32,000 bases of DNA from an uncultured Thiothrix sp. (GTDB lineage Bacteria > Pseudomonadota > Gammaproteobacteria > Thiotrichales > Thiotrichaceae). The translations under genes were made by a program, and so were the position numbers. The notes under the pieces were generated by a model that ran no database searches, had not been told where the DNA came from, and was given only the letters and a program-made list of their open reading frames with translations. The stretch covers positions 16,171-48,170 of the forward strand of contig CAXYXY010000011.1 of NCBI GenBank assembly GCA_964293125.1, read 5' to 3'. Below, piece by piece: positions 17,101-24,683 of this stretch. Positions within the stretch are counted from its first letter, which is position 1. Each line of letters opens with the position of its first letter.

Positions 17101-18113
17101 CCAAAATGCATCGAGCCACATGCCGGGTCGAGCATCAGAATATCGCGTGGGTCTTTTAAAGGGCGATGGGGAAACCCCTCCCCAACCCTCCCCTTATCAG
17201 GGAAGGGAGCTTTATCACACTCCGCCACACTATCCAAACTGGCATCTTCGCTCCTCCCCTGATAAGGGGAGGCTGGGAGGGGTTTCTCCCGCACCAAATA
17301 CCGGCAAGCCTCCACCAGCCCGGTCTTACCCTGCGTCATCTCATACCAGATGCGCCCCAAGGTATTATCGGTGAGGAACTCCACCACATAACGCGGCGTG
17401 AAAAACTGGTTGCGCACCGCCAATTCACGGCTATTGCGCGGCGCTTGCGACTCGGAGCGCATTTTCTTGCGCTCTTCCTGCGAATTGAAATACTGGTAAA
17501 TCCAGCCGATGGTTTCATCTTCCGCCCATAACGGCTCCAGATCAGGGTGGTTGATCTGCTCCAGCAACTCCAGCAACGCAGCCTCACGCGGGAACAAACG
17601 CCCCTGTGGGCTATAGCGATCAAACAACACCGCCAAATCCAGACTGAACTCATCAAACAGGCTGAACAGATAATGCCGGTAAGCATCGCCCGTTTCCCCC
17701 AGACTGCTGCCCGCCAACTGCTTGTACAACTGGAAACCTTTCGAGTTATACCCCTTAGCGACCGACTCCAGCAAAAAGCCCCGCGCCTCTGCCATGCGCA
17801 AAGCCGCCAACCGATTCAATACGGTGAACGCCTGCTCACGCACAATCCGCGCCGACACCTGCTGGGTACGCTCCTTTGGCGTCTTGCCGGGCGTATTCGC
17901 CAGATAATGCGTCAAGGTTTCCCGCAAACCCTGCGCCACCTGCCGCTGGCGGTTATCCAGTTGGCTCAATGCACTGACTTCCGCGACCGTGCCGGTTTTC
18001 GGGTCAAGCCCGTAAGTGGCCTGCAACTGGCGGGTGAATTCCTCGCTCAAACCGTCGCGGGCGGCATTGACGAACTTTTGCAGCCGGTTACGGGTACTTT
18101 GATCAAATGCCAT
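14136..18113 (-). CDS. pglX: BREX N6-adenine DNA methyltransferase/specificity subunit PglX
   Basis: 1325 aa. N-terminus typical of PglX (RNRLQKFVNAARDGLSEEFTRQL), motif I LDPACGSMHF, catalytic motif IV NPPF (residues 593-596). Sits between brxC and pglZ. AAGGAAA RBS upstream of the ATG at 18113. Confidence 0.9.
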   Translation of the reverse strand: MAFDQSTRNRLQKFVNAARDGLSEEFTRQLQATYGLDPKTGTVAEVSALSQLDNRQRQVAQGLRETLTHYLANTPGKTPKERTQQVSARIVREQAFTVLNRLAALRMAEARGFLLESVAKGYNSKGFQLYKQLAGSSLGETGDAYRHYLFSLFDEFSLDLAVLFDRYSPQGRLFPREAALLELLEQINHPDLEPLWAEDETIGWIYQYFNSQEERKKMRSESQAPRNSRELAVRNQFFTPRYVVEFLTDNTLGRIWYEMTQGKTGLVEACRYLVREKPLPASPYQGRSEDASLDSVAECDKAPFPDKGRVGEGFPHRPLKDPRDILMLDPACGSMHFGLYAFDLFVRIYEEAWQLESELGPQAFSRSAGLQPLQATYASFEAFQVQIPKLIIERNIHGVDIDPRAVQIAGLSLWQRAQRAWQVLRVKPQVRPVIRRSNIVCAEPMPGEKALLQEFTAQLYPPVLGQLVEGVFDKMQLAGEAGTLLKIEEEMQGAIAGARAQWQQQSAKGTSWDMFPAELVAATPQRELGFDLRGINDATFWDDAEQRILQALSDYASQASTQSDQKRLFADDAAKGFAFIDLCRKRFDVVLMNPPFGECAANTNRYLEKTYPEWSKNILCAFISRLSKKLGEGGLTGSVIDRSPINKSSYENFRKRVLLESDSLELICDLGWDVLEANVEVSSLILSERKHSKPLTYFINLRDFSLDEKSKALFEIVQNKNFVLHKTSCFNSFPNSALIYDLPSGLLNTFQSLQSFSALGLTGYTGHQLQSERHFRVFWELPLNEKIGAEAEYCYLYNGGEFTRYANPKREVAKYGKYKKLGSDNFPSYSYRIQNKNQHFKPGVCFGKRGEYLDAHIMNKEAIFTVEGQCIPIENKETSLLVLAILNSTFASRILNTYAGQHKYSGYINLMPAPDFEASSYKLKKQIVSKVEEIISLKEKYFSWDETTIFFKSPYLLSQKDLRSQLHDFVVELSFDQAGVMKIHNDIDELVNAIYKIEGIEDLKDLNSYSKKTPQECIPRWSERDNCEIAKLLILDLLVYLFGVCFDRWAIEDNEKGFIGILDAPSLLTAIQSNSLGFDYTEITQFFSDFVSSKSLETFIEQSNGFFDFHLSRYSSSGRQAPIYWPLQTPSGSYTLWVYYHRLSEQTLYTCVNDFVEPKLKTVKDDLTGLRNKTRNSQEEKDFARLLDLEAELKDFRDELLRIAKFWKPNLNDGVQITAAPLWKLFQHKAWQKKLKETWQALEQGDYDWAHLAYSIWPERVLRKCHQDRSLAIAHDVEADFWHEVAVETKRGKKGSGETKLEWQPIPMTDAQLHALIRTKIAGMM
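14780..16320 (-). other. AT-rich segment inside pglX (residues ~598-1111: distal methyltransferase half plus presumed target-recognition region)
   Basis: Hand counts of sample 60-nt lines give about 25-30% GC here (15301, 15901) against about 63% in the adjacent pglX 5' part (16561). The upper boundary falls immediately 3' of the NPPF codons. The lower boundary falls just before the conserved PIYWPL...WVYYHRL block. Confidence 0.75.
17168..17290. repeat. Imperfect palindromic REP/MITE-like element inserted in frame in pglX
   Basis: The left arm GGGGAAACCCCTCCCCAACCCTCCCCTTATCAGGGAAGGGAG (17168-17209) pairs with the reverse complement of 17251-17290 (GGGAGAAACCCCTCCCAGCCTCCCCTTATCAGGGGAGGAG). 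Conserved blocks are GAAACCCCTCCC and CTCCCCTTATCAGGG, with a ~41-nt spacer. It encodes the low-complexity peptide REKPLPASPYQGRS...PFPDKGRVGEGFPH (residues ~275-316). Confidence 0.65.
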
Positions 18114-18122
18114 GGGCTTTCC

Positions 18123-21100
18123 TTACTCTGCGGCTTTCAGTTCAATGCTCAGTTCAAATTCGTGGGCGTATTTCAGTTCACCACGTACATGCTGTAATTC
18201 GGCAATCAGTGCATCCAGGTCTGCCAACACAGTAACACGCGGCGGAGCTTTTACGAAACGGGTGATTTTCTTCTTACCCTCCTTGACTGCCTGCTCCTGC
18301 TCCTCCCGCAACTTGTCCTGCAAACGCTGTTGGCCGATACGCCGCAAGCGCTGTTTCACATCCTGCACCTGGGTTTGGATGCTGTATTCCTGATTCACCA
18401 GGGTACGCAAACCACTCAGATCGGCATTGGCAGTCACCGTCAACTGCTCCAAATCTGCCAGCAGGTTGTTTTGCTCCTGCTGGGTCAGTTCTTTCCACTC
18501 AGGAATGCGGTACAGGTCTTGCTGGGTGTCTTTGATACGCTGCTGTTGCTCGCCTTGCATCGCCAATACCGTGTCACGAATCCTTGCTTGCAAGGTGGTC
18601 AGGCCACTGGCGAATTCGGTGGCGTAACGGAAGAAGTCGGCATGACTTAAGCGTTCTTTGAGGTTGGCGAGTGTTTCCGCCAGTTCCTCTTTCAAACGCC
18701 CCGGCGTGCCACTATCCGGCAGGTTGCTCAGTTCGCGGCGGTGGCGTTGCAGGTTTTGCAGGGTCGGTTCCAGCCCCTGTTCCAGCGCCCGTTTCAACTC
18801 ACCCGCCCAACGCAGATTATTAAACAGGTCGGAATCTTCCCCGCCCAAGCGTTGTGGCGCGTCGGATGCATCCGTAAACAGGATGTCCTTGATGTCCTGA
18901 CTGAGCGTTTCTAAGCGCTCGACACCCGGCAATTGCAATGCTTTGAGCTTTTCCGCCAAGGGGCCATATTGGTGCTGGAGTTGTGGAAACAGCTTAGTGG
19001 TCGCTTTGCTGATGTCATCCTCCAGCGGCACGACCATATCGCCACTGAGTTCGGTCAAACGGCTGGCAGCATTCGCCAGCATTTCCATGCTGGGGCGCTC
19101 TTCGCGCAGGGAGACGCCAATGCTTTTGAAGCTGTTATTGGTCTTGAGCGCATCAATCGCTTGTTGTCCATTGACGGTGACTTCCCGCCCCGCCACTTTC
19201 AGTTTGATTTCCCCCGCCACCAACATCGCAGCCATCAGGTAACGCAGGGTATCCGGCGACCAACCGTAAGGCGCATCAGTGAAAATATCCGTCAGGCGTT
19301 TGCCTTCCATTAACCCTTGCCGTTCAATCATGTCGCGGATGCTGGTCATGGCTTTGTGGCTGGTGTTGATGGAAGGGCGACCAGCCTGTGTTTGCACCAA
19401 ATTCAAGGGATCTAATAAGTTGGTGATGCCGGTCAAGTTGCCTTGGCGCAGGAATTTTTCTGCCAGGTCAGTATTCGCCCGTACCGGTGCTTCGCTGTAA
19501 CGGTCAAACACTTGCTCTGCGACACCTGCCAGGTGTTTGCGGGCAGCTTCGATCAATTCCTGATGCAGCGTTTCTACTGCAGTCACTTCACCCCGGAAAA
19601 TGAATGAGCCTTGCAACAGGCTACGCTTGAGCAGGCGCTCCAGCTCTACCAGCAAACGGTTGGCCCGGTCTGTTTGCCCGGCGCAGTAGTCTTTGATTTC
19701 CTGATCGGGTTCATTACGGTATTTGCTGACAATTTCCTTGCTGCGATGAATTTCAGCGGTCAGCTCTTCCATTTCTGGCAGGGTGCGCCCCAGCAGGAAG
19801 AGGGTATGCGTGGCGGTTTTATGACGGCTTTCATCAATCATGCGTGCCTTGGCGGTGTTGTAGTTTGCCGGTTCCACCAGCTCCACCACGGTTTGCACCG
19901 TATTACGCTCACCCGACAATGAAGCAGGCACGCCACCCGCGTTTTGGGCTTTTAACCCGGTCTGGACAGATAAATTCCCATGCAAATGGGTAGCGGGTAA
20001 AGGCGAATACGCTTCACGCAGTGCTTCATTCTGGATACGGCGCATCTCCATCGCCCGTAGTGGAATGGCAGCGCGTTCCTGTTCAATATCATTGAGCTTT
20101 TCACTGAAAAACAGCAGTTGCCCATCCTGTTCGCCAAACGGCACGAAGGCATCGCTGATCAGCTCCTCAATGGCCTGTTTCACGGCATCCGAGTGGGATG
20201 AGGCGCTAATACCGGGGTGCATGAGACTAGCAACGTTTTGCACCGTAATCGGCAAGTTATTCAGGATTTGCAGCACACACACCGTTTTACCAATGTCTCG
20301 GTGCAATCCTGAAGTAGGGAAGTGCTGCTTGACTTTGCCGACTGCTGCATGAAGAGAAGCAAAAGAACGACGTATGTCTTTTTCCAAAGCATCAAACAAT
20401 GTGATGGTCGTTGCCAGCCAGCCAACCGACTGATTGGCAATTGGCGTATGCCCGTCCGCACCTTCCACCAGTACATCCTGAACCACCTTGATAGCGGAAC
20501 GCAGACCAATACCACCAGTGGATTTAGCTAAAGCGCCCAACAAATGCAGCAAAATATCGAAATGCGCAGGCAGGAACGGGTAAAGGTTAACAAAGGTTTG
20601 CCGGTCAAAATCAGCACCGTAGGCACGCGCATCCACCAATTTGGTATTATGCCGCAGGGCTTGGCCGTGCTTATCGAATAAAGTGCCTAGCTCGCCCTCA
20701 CCCTGGGGAGACTTGCCCAACAATCGGCTATAACAAATTTCCTTGATGTCATTGGCTTCGAGGTCGATCTGGATGGGGAAGCGGTCTTTGAGCTTGTAGA
20801 GTTCGGCTGAATTCAAGGCAACTTTTGAATCATCTTCGGTCAGGGTTTGCTGGGCAGTACCGATGATCCAGACTTTGCCGTTACCGATGTTCTTGAGGTT
20901 TTTCGCCAAGCCATCCAGGTTCAGGATCAGGTTCTGGCGGGAGCCGACGTATTGGCCCACTTCGTCGATAATAAAGATGATGTATTCTTTGCCAGTGGCC
21001 TCACGGGCAATGTCCAGCATTTCCCCCACCCGGTCATTTTCAAAGCGGATCACTTCGCTGGTTTCGGTTGAGAATGAATGGGCGGTTTTAAATAGTCCCG

Positions 21101-21755
21101 GATACATTTGGTGGGCAATTTCAGGGATCAGGCTGTCCACCACCAATTCGTCGTTACGGTAGTTTTGCCATTCCTCCCCGCCGGTATGTTCGCGGAACAG
21201 TTGCAGGAATTCGGCATGGCGGCCTTCTTTTTGCAGCTTGCGTTCAAAGGCGGCCACTTTCAGGTTGCGTGAATAACCCGCCCATTGCAGCACCTTGTAA
21301 TACAGCACGGTGGAAACTTCTTCCATCGTCGCCCCAGCCACCTGTTCACTGGCCAGGTCAAGCATCAGCACGGCGGCGGGGAAACGCTTGGCAACCGTAT
21401 TCAGCAAGGCTTTGGTGGTGGATTTTTTTAGGCGGTCTTGCAGGTGCTGGATGAACGGACTGCCATCAATCTTGATATTGTCGTCAAACGCCAAGCCCAG
21501 ATACTTGGTGAACGAGCTTTTGCCCGAGCCGTAGAAGCCGGAAACCCATACACCGACTTCATTCTCCCCACCTGCTTCCATCGCCATCTGCATCTTGCTG
21601 AGCAGCTTTTCAAATTGCTCTTCGATGCTTTCCGTCACCACGTACTCGGAGATTTCCGCTTTCAAGCGTTGCTCTTGGGAAACGCCATAGGTAATGACTT
21701 TCTCAATGGTGCGGTAGATGTCTTTGTCGTTGGCGAATAGTGCTTTGATTTCCAT
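18123..21755 (-). CDS. brxC: BREX P-loop ATPase BrxC/PglY
   Basis: About 1210 aa. Walker A GFYGSGKSSFTKYLG, a large coiled C-terminal region, and the expected position after brxB. Start set at ATG 21755 (AGGGGA RBS); the track's TTG at 21776 overlaps the brxB stop. Confidence 0.9.
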   Translation of the reverse strand: MEIKALFANDKDIYRTIEKVITYGVSQEQRLKAEISEYVVTESIEEQFEKLLSKMQMAMEAGGENEVGVWVSGFYGSGKSSFTKYLGLAFDDNIKIDGSPFIQHLQDRLKKSTTKALLNTVAKRFPAAVLMLDLASEQVAGATMEEVSTVLYYKVLQWAGYSRNLKVAAFERKLQKEGRHAEFLQLFREHTGGEEWQNYRNDELVVDSLIPEIAHQMYPGLFKTAHSFSTETSEVIRFENDRVGEMLDIAREATGKEYIIFIIDEVGQYVGSRQNLILNLDGLAKNLKNIGNGKVWIIGTAQQTLTEDDSKVALNSAELYKLKDRFPIQIDLEANDIKEICYSRLLGKSPQGEGELGTLFDKHGQALRHNTKLVDARAYGADFDRQTFVNLYPFLPAHFDILLHLLGALAKSTGGIGLRSAIKVVQDVLVEGADGHTPIANQSVGWLATTITLFDALEKDIRRSFASLHAAVGKVKQHFPTSGLHRDIGKTVCVLQILNNLPITVQNVASLMHPGISASSHSDAVKQAIEELISDAFVPFGEQDGQLLFFSEKLNDIEQERAAIPLRAMEMRRIQNEALREAYSPLPATHLHGNLSVQTGLKAQNAGGVPASLSGERNTVQTVVELVEPANYNTAKARMIDESRHKTATHTLFLLGRTLPEMEELTAEIHRSKEIVSKYRNEPDQEIKDYCAGQTDRANRLLVELERLLKRSLLQGSFIFRGEVTAVETLHQELIEAARKHLAGVAEQVFDRYSEAPVRANTDLAEKFLRQGNLTGITNLLDPLNLVQTQAGRPSINTSHKAMTSIRDMIERQGLMEGKRLTDIFTDAPYGWSPDTLRYLMAAMLVAGEIKLKVAGREVTVNGQQAIDALKTNNSFKSIGVSLREERPSMEMLANAASRLTELSGDMVVPLEDDISKATTKLFPQLQHQYGPLAEKLKALQLPGVERLETLSQDIKDILFTDASDAPQRLGGEDSDLFNNLRWAGELKRALEQGLEPTLQNLQRHRRELSNLPDSGTPGRLKEELAETLANLKERLSHADFFRYATEFASGLTTLQARIRDTVLAMQGEQQQRIKDTQQDLYRIPEWKELTQQEQNNLLADLEQLTVTANADLSGLRTLVNQEYSIQTQVQDVKQRLRRIGQQRLQDKLREEQEQAVKEGKKKITRFVKAPPRVTVLADLDALIAELQHVRGELKYAHEFELSIELKAAE

Positions 21756-21772
21756 TGTGTTCCCCTGATTAT

Positions 21773-22345
21773 TCAACCACCGACGTGGACAGAGCGATAA
21801 TTACCATCTTCTGGATAGAAGCCCAAAAATTTCAGCCGGGTTTTCCCGGTACGCACGCCGGGATAGAAAAACACGGTGGGCACATGGAACCTGCCGTGGA
21901 GCTGGTTCTCAATGGAACCAATCCGCAAGTAGGGATGTAGCGCCTCTATGTCCGCCACCAGCAAAATGTTGTTTGCCTGCCCTTCCAAGCTGGCAAGCAC
22001 TGCTTCAAGCTTGTTTTGCAAGGAACCATTTGTTAGTGCATTCGCCAATGACTTATTGGTTTTCTCCCATTGCAAGGGGGCTTTGGCATCAGCAGCCAAC
22101 CAGATTTTTTTCAAGGGCGCGGCATCCAGAATGTCCTGAATAGCTTGAGCTATCGAGAATTTATGGACGTTCCACCCCTCATTTCGTAGCTTCGCTTCCC
22201 ACGCTGGCAGGTTGCGTTTTACCTCCAGAATCTCTGCCGGGTGAAACACCAGGTAAAAGATGGGTTCGAAACTGGCGTGACCGACTTCCCGCCCTGTTTT
22301 TAGTCGTTCCACCAATTCGCTGAAATCAGTTTTGAGTGATGACAT
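21773..22345 (-). CDS. brxB: BREX protein BrxB (DUF1788)
   Basis: 190 aa. The size, the position between brxA and brxC, and motifs (PIFYLVFHP, ALHPYLRIGSIE, VPTVFFYPG, GNYR) match my memory of DUF1788. Confidence 0.85.
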   Translation of the reverse strand: MSSLKTDFSELVERLKTGREVGHASFEPIFYLVFHPAEILEVKRNLPAWEAKLRNEGWNVHKFSIAQAIQDILDAAPLKKIWLAADAKAPLQWEKTNKSLANALTNGSLQNKLEAVLASLEGQANNILLVADIEALHPYLRIGSIENQLHGRFHVPTVFFYPGVRTGKTRLKFLGFYPEDGNYRSVHVGG

Positions 22346-23138
22346 CTACCACTTCCTTCATTGTTTTGAATGACCAGCTTATGCGGGTAACATCGCCTGC
22401 AGATTGCACAATTATCCAGTTGTTTTTTGCTAAACGTTTGAATGCTTCACGCACATCGGCGGCTTCCAGCCCAAATAGCCTCCAGCTTTCATGCTGGATG
22501 AGTGCATTGTCCCCTAGTCCGTCAAAATGCAGTTGATAGGCCAGATACAGTACGGTTGAGTCTTGTACCCGCATAGGCTGAATCGTGCGACTAGAACTAC
22601 GGTTAGCTGACAGCAAACCATAATCTGCGCAACACCCCAGCAGGTACGACGACACTCGCTTGATGGTTGAGTCAGACCATGGCTTTTGTGTTTTTCCTTC
22701 CCGTACTGCGTGGGCTACAAAGTCTTTGGCATCTTCTGTACTGAGTGCATTTCGCCCACTGGCATATCGATCCCAGTACACCTGACGAATAAAGTCCTGC
22801 AAAATCAGATTGGCTTGGGCAGTGTAGAGCAGAAAAAGTTGGTTCATCGCCGCAGAAGGCAAGCATCGGACTAATGTTTGCAAAGACTCTGCTGACTGTG
22901 TTTTTAGATAACGGGGTGCAAAACATTCAGCAACAATATTGCGTAAGCGCCGAGCGGACACGAGCGGGAACAAACCTGACTCCAGTGCTTTGTTGTAAAG
23001 CGCGGCAGTCGAAATACCCTGCTCATATAGCGACAGCAACAGCCTGGTTTCTTCCACTAAACCTAGACCCGCTTGTAGCTGGGTGGTGTAGAGCGATTTG
23101 GCAAAGTTCACTAGACTTGCCGCATGTAAGGAAAGCAC
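22326..23138 (-). CDS. brxA: BREX protein BrxA (DUF1819-like)
   Basis: 270 aa, directly upstream of brxB and overlapping it by 20 nt. The N-terminal YTTQLQAGLGLVEETRLLL resembles DUF1819. The assignment rests mainly on synteny. Confidence 0.7.
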   Translation of the reverse strand: MLSLHAASLVNFAKSLYTTQLQAGLGLVEETRLLLSLYEQGISTAALYNKALESGLFPLVSARRLRNIVAECFAPRYLKTQSAESLQTLVRCLPSAAMNQLFLLYTAQANLILQDFIRQVYWDRYASGRNALSTEDAKDFVAHAVREGKTQKPWSDSTIKRVSSYLLGCCADYGLLSANRSSSRTIQPMRVQDSTVLYLAYQLHFDGLGDNALIQHESWRLFGLEAADVREAFKRLAKNNWIIVQSAGDVTRISWSFKTMKEVVDVITQN

Positions 23139-23611
23139 TGATAGTTTTGCTGAAAAGCTTTAAGGTAGCGTGCAGCGGCCTCGTTTAACAAGCTTTCCAG
23201 TGCATCGTCCTGAAACATACCAACCGCAACTGGCCCTTCTACTTTTTCAGTGGATACCTGCGTCAATTCCCCTAGAGCAGCAAGTGCAGCATCTTGACCA
23301 GATAAGCTATTTTTCAAGGCCATATTATTATCTTGAGTCTGGATATGTTCAGCGACTATTCGTTCAATCGAATTGGGTAGACGATAGAGGTGATAGGTAT
23401 TGCCTACGCCTATATGCTGATCGTGTGATAGCAAAGCAGCCTCACAAACGCCATTATACTGTGCAAGTAGGGTAGTCCGTGGGTAAATGGGCAGTAAAAA
23501 ACTCTCACTGGCTCGGCTGAAAAAATTACTGCCCCACCAAAATTTTTGATGTTTTTCACCTATATAGCCAACTAAGATTCTTAAGATTGAGACTTTCATA
23601 CCAATATTCAT
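23111..23611 (-). CDS. Hypothetical protein, first gene of the BREX operon (possibly BrxE-like accessory; unverified)
   Basis: 166 aa from the ATG at 23611 (AGGAA RBS 6 nt upstream); the track used an upstream TTG at 23635. It overlaps the brxA start by 28 nt, which suggests translational coupling. I recognise no motif. Confidence 0.5.
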   Translation of the reverse strand: MNIGMKVSILRILVGYIGEKHQKFWWGSNFFSRASESFLLPIYPRTTLLAQYNGVCEAALLSHDQHIGVGNTYHLYRLPNSIERIVAEHIQTQDNNMALKNSLSGQDAALAALGELTQVSTEKVEGPVAVGMFQDDALESLLNEAAARYLKAFQQNYQCFPYMRQV

Positions 23612-23648
23612 TCTGATTCCTAGAGTGATAGGCAATATGAGGTATGAG

Positions 23649-23678
23649 ATATTACTGCACTCGATTCCTGTTAGTCAC
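23649..23678 (-). promoter_or_regulatory. Putative BREX operon promoter (GTGACT-N18-TAATAT on the minus strand)
   Basis: This is the only non-coding DNA upstream of the operon (23612-23693). The minus strand reads GTGACT (23678-23673) and TAATAT (23654-23649). Prediction by eye only. Confidence 0.25.
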
Positions 23679-23693
23679 TAAAATTAGAAGTCA

Positions 23694-24683
23694 TTACGCA
23701 TAATGCACCCAGCGTGTTTCCTCCACAAAATGCTGCAAGTATTTGGTCATGCCCTGCTGTGGCCAGATTAACTGCATGCTGCCGTCCAGCGGTCGGTAGA
23801 TCGCGGTATACAGGGTGCCAAAGCCGCGTGCGTATTGGTGGCTGAACAGGGGCGGTTGCAGGAAACGCAGGGTAAAGCTTTGCGGTGTTTCCCAGCTGTT
23901 CGCCAGGCATTCAAATAACAGGCGTTCACGTTCGACGCTGGCGGTGGCGGTGGCGTGTTGTGGCCATTCGACCTGTTTCTGGTGGTTGGTAGTGGCCGGG
24001 ATCTGGCGGACGACCGGTTTGCGGTCAGGTGACAGAAATACGGTGCGGAACTGCCCGCGTTTATCCAGAATCGTCACGTTGTACGCCATGTGCACCGGAA
24101 TGGTTTTAAGTGCCACCAGCGCATCTTGCACATCGGAACATATTTCGAGTATGTAGCGCAATACGATCGGAATGCCGAAGCCATCGCCCACCACCTTGCT
24201 GCCACCAAAAGTGAGCGACACCACCAGCCCGGCATCGTTAATGCCATCGACCACCCCCCAGAGACAGTCACTGGTCGCAATCACTTTGCGCCCCAGCCAC
24301 TGGGTATGTAACAGGGTGCCTTCCAGCAAGGCCGGGCTGTAGTCATAATTACGAATCAGAAAATGCTCGTCCTCTGACCAGACCGCCTGTGAGCAGCCCG
24401 ACAAATAAGGGGGCGGTTTGTACATGCTCAGGAAACGGGCGGCCACATCGCTGCCGTCCGCCAGCTCACACAGGCGTTCATAAAGCGGCAGCAATTCAGG
24501 CATGTACTGGCGCAGGCTACGGTAGCTTTCCAGATAGCTGGGGCGACGATCATCCCCAGCCGACAGGAACCACTCCCGGTAAGCCATCCAGTGGCGATCA
24601 TACAGCGCTCGCCACTTTTGACCAGGCCATGCTTCAGAAACTGCCTGAAAACGCAGGCTTGTTACCTGAGGACTGTTGATCAC
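23694..24683 (-). CDS. Peptidase C45 / acyl-CoA:6-APA acyltransferase-like Ntn hydrolase
   Basis: 329 aa. Gly96-Cys97 in YLSGCSQAVW is positioned like the autoproteolytic G-C site of the IAT/C45 family. NYDY and DGINDAGL are consistent with the choloylglycine/C45 fold. The GTG start overlaps the ATP-grasp stop (GTGA). Confidence 0.6.
   Translation of the reverse strand: MINSPQVTSLRFQAVSEAWPGQKWRALYDRHWMAYREWFLSAGDDRRPSYLESYRSLRQYMPELLPLYERLCELADGSDVAARFLSMYKPPPYLSGCSQAVWSEDEHFLIRNYDYSPALLEGTLLHTQWLGRKVIATSDCLWGVVDGINDAGLVVSLTFGGSKVVGDGFGIPIVLRYILEICSDVQDALVALKTIPVHMAYNVTILDKRGQFRTVFLSPDRKPVVRQIPATTNHQKQVEWPQHATATASVERERLLFECLANSWETPQSFTLRFLQPPLFSHQYARGFGTLYTAIYRPLDGSMQLIWPQQGMTKYLQHFVEETRWVHYA

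Larger units (their letters stand above)
7632..23611 (-). other. Type 1 BREX phage-defence locus: leader ORF-brxA-brxB-brxC-pglX-[ATPase-DUF4276]-pglZ-brxL
   Basis: Canonical type 1 gene set and order, all on one strand. Junctions are overlapping or under 40 nt apart. All ORFs are intact. Confidence 0.9.

Noticed and set aside
14136-18113. A pglX shufflon or phase-variable cassette system (second truncated pglX plus recombinase).
   Set aside because: There is no duplicated pglX fragment, no inverted-repeat pair bracketing the TRD, and no recombinase gene anywhere in the window. The mosaic is better explained by a one-off recombination.
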